A stretch of DNA of 35,452 nt from a virus (Duplodnaviria > Heunggongvirae > Uroviricota > Caudoviricetes), in IMG/VR virus record IMGVR_UViG_2563366975_000004, one strand, 5' to 3'. Both the position numbers and the translations under genes were made by a program. Shown piece by piece: positions 33,786 through 35,452 of the stretch. Each line of letters opens with the position of its first letter. The stretch's first letter is position 1. The notes beneath the pieces were generated by a model. The model had not been told where the DNA came from. It did not search any database and was given only the letters and a program-made list of their open reading frames with translations.

Positions 33786-35452
33786 GAGAGGCGGGCTGGA
33801 CCAGCCTGTTTCAGGCGGTGGCTGAGCCCTTTTCCGGCGCCTGGCAGCAGGGCGTGAAAGCCGATCCTGAAGCCGTCCTCTCCTTTCATGCGGTGTTTGC
33901 ATGTATTTCGCTGATATCCCAGGATATCGCCAAAATGCGGCTGCGTCTTATGCAGACGGATGCGCATGGGATACGCAGGGAAACGCGCCGGGGGGATATT
34001 GCCCGCCTCTGTCGTCGTCCCAACGCCCAGCAGAACCGCATCCAGTTTTTTGAACTGTGGCTGAACGCCAAACTGCGTCACGGCAATACGGTGGTGCTGA
34101 AAATCCGTAATGCCCGGGGGCAGATCAAAGAACTGCGTATTCTGGACTGGAGCCGGGTTGAACCTCTGGTGGCGGATGACGGCGAGGTGTTCTACCGCAT
34201 CACGCCGGACCGGAACTGCGGGATCACGGAGGCGGTGACGGTGCCTGCCCGGGAAGTGATCCACGACCGGTTTAACTGTTTTTTTCATCCGCTTATAGGA
34301 TTGCCGCCGGTGTATGCCGCCGGGCTGGCGGCCACGCAGGGGCATCATATTCAGGAAAATTCGACGTCTTTTTTCAGAAATGGTGGCAGGCCGTCCGGGG
34401 TGATTGAGATCCCCGGCAGTATTACGGAAGAAAATGCGAAAAAACTGAAGAGCAACTGGGACAGCGGGTATACAGGCGAAAATGCGGGGAAAACGGCCAT
34501 TCTGAGCAACGGGGCAAAATACAACCCCACGACGTTTTCACCTGTGGATGCGCAGACGGTGGAACAACTGAAGATGACCGCTGAAATTGTCTGTTCGGTG
34601 TTCCGTGTCCCGGCCTACAAGATTGGCGTGGGACAACCGCCTTCCAGTGACAACGTGGAGGCGCTGGAGCAGCAGTATTATTCCCAGTGCCTGCAGACGC
34701 TGATTGAGTCCATTGAACTGTTACTGGATGAGGCGCTGGAAACGGGGGAAAACGAGAGTACAGAATTTGATGTCACCACGCTGCTGAGAATGGACAGTGA
34801 GCGGCGCATGAAAACGCTGGGGGATGCGGTGAAAAATACGCTTCTCACGCCCAATGAGGCCCGTAAACGGGAGAACCTGCCGCCCCTGGCCGGCGGTGAT
34901 GCACTGTATCTTCAGCAGCAGAACTACAGTCTGGAGGCGCTGTCCCGTCGTGATGCCCGTGAGGATCCGTTCTCGTCTGCCGGGAAAACAGTTTCATCAC
35001 AGCTGCCTGACGGCGCATCTGACGGTAATAAGGCAATCAGTGAAACAGAGCATGATGCGGTGAAAGCGATGTTCAGGGGGGATACTGAGAAAATGACGGA
35101 ACGGGAACTGTCCATTATTCGTGCACTGGGAGAAGAATTCTCCACAGTGCTGGCGGATTTACAGCGCACATTTGAGGGGAAGATGGCCTCGCAGGCACAA
35201 GCGTTTGAAGAGAAACTGACTTCCCTGTCGGCGGTATTACAGAAGCATGTGACGGTGGATGAGGTGCGTCCGGTTCTGCAGGCGATGGTGGATGACGCTG
35301 TGGGGGCCATTCCGGTACCGCGTGATGGTCGTGATTATGATCCGGATGTACTGCAGCAGGCGGTGAATGATGCGGTCGCAAATATTCCGCAGCCGGCGGA
35401 CGGTAAAAGTCTCACCCCGGATGATGTGCGTCCGATGCTTGAACAGATGGTG
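33731..35452 (+). CDS. Portal protein, HK97-family (partial; continues beyond window end)
   Basis: Open frame by hand translation from ATG near 33731 to the window edge with no stop; contains portal-like block FFRNGGRPSGVIEIPG...NWDSGYTGENAGKTAILSNGAKY...EIVCSVFRVPAYKIGV; absent from ORF track because unterminated. Confidence 0.7.
   Translation, partial: MWNLLRRTRKNQKSGRDVREAGWTSLFQAVAEPFSGAWQQGVKADPEAVLSFHAVFACISLISQDIAKMRLRLMQTDAHGIRRETRRGDIARLCRRPNAQQNRIQFFELWLNAKLRHGNTVVLKIRNARGQIKELRILDWSRVEPLVADDGEVFYRITPDRNCGITEAVTVPAREVIHDRFNCFFHPLIGLPPVYAAGLAATQGHHIQENSTSFFRNGGRPSGVIEIPGSITEENAKKLKSNWDSGYTGENAGKTAILSNGAKYNPTTFSPVDAQTVEQLKMTAEIVCSVFRVPAYKIGVGQPPSSDNVEALEQQYYSQCLQTLIESIELLLDEALETGENESTEFDVTTLLRMDSERRMKTLGDAVKNTLLTPNEARKRENLPPLAGGDALYLQQQNYSLEALSRRDAREDPFSSAGKTVSSQLPDGASDGNKAISETEHDAVKAMFRGDTEKMTERELSIIRALGEEFSTVLADLQRTFEGKMASQAQAFEEKLTSLSAVLQKHVTVDEVRPVLQAMVDDAVGAIPVPRDGRDYDPDVLQQAVNDAVANIPQPADGKSLTPDDVRPMLEQMV

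Noticed and set aside
31660-34348. Minus-strand ORFs (about 100-297 aa) opposite the capsid and portal genes
   Set aside because: Antisense to long, well-supported structural genes; His/Arg/Cys-rich translations, no ribosome-binding sites.
1-35452. CRISPR arrays or rRNA genes
   Set aside because: No regularly spaced identical short repeats with unique spacers and no rRNA-like stretches were seen; the direct repeats found are iterons, cos-associated motifs and paralogous RNA-like elements instead.

Overview
The whole window reads as one lambdoid prophage of an Escherichia/Shigella-type enterobacterium, laid out like the Qin/DicB-type prophages; the attachment site lies left of position 1 and the portal gene runs off the right edge. 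From left to right: integrase and excisionase (minus strand), a minus-strand early-left operon (DnaQ-like exonuclease, small membrane protein, DicB, Rha-like protein, DicF sRNA, YdfC/YdfB/YdfA-like genes), an immunity region with a repressor and divergent Cro-like/YdaT-like genes flanked by operator repeats, a replication initiator carrying internal iterons, a nin-like accessory block (Dam-like methylase, mosaic Ea22-like genes, small acidic proteins, a hok-type toxin locus, DUF968 protein, RusA), a Q-like antiterminator with downstream terminator, a second orphan methyltransferase, two tRNAs plus a degenerate third, a moron region with two paralogous structured non-coding elements, a sialate-O-acetylesterase (NanS-p-like) gene split by an IS21-family element, a phage-21-type lysis cassette with extra inserted genes, then RHH/HNH/cos/terminase/protease-capsid fusion/portal. 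No CRISPR array, rRNA or Shiga-toxin genes were seen. Several real genes are shorter than 60 aa or unterminated and so absent from the ORF track; I found them by hand translation. No single feature clearly stands out as a new system; the strongest candidates are the duplicated structured RNA-like elements after the tRNAs, the micro-ORF array inside the lysis cassette, and the convergent small-gene pairs. All family assignments come from recalled motifs and gene order, not from searches, and coordinates I derived by hand may be off by 1-3 nt.
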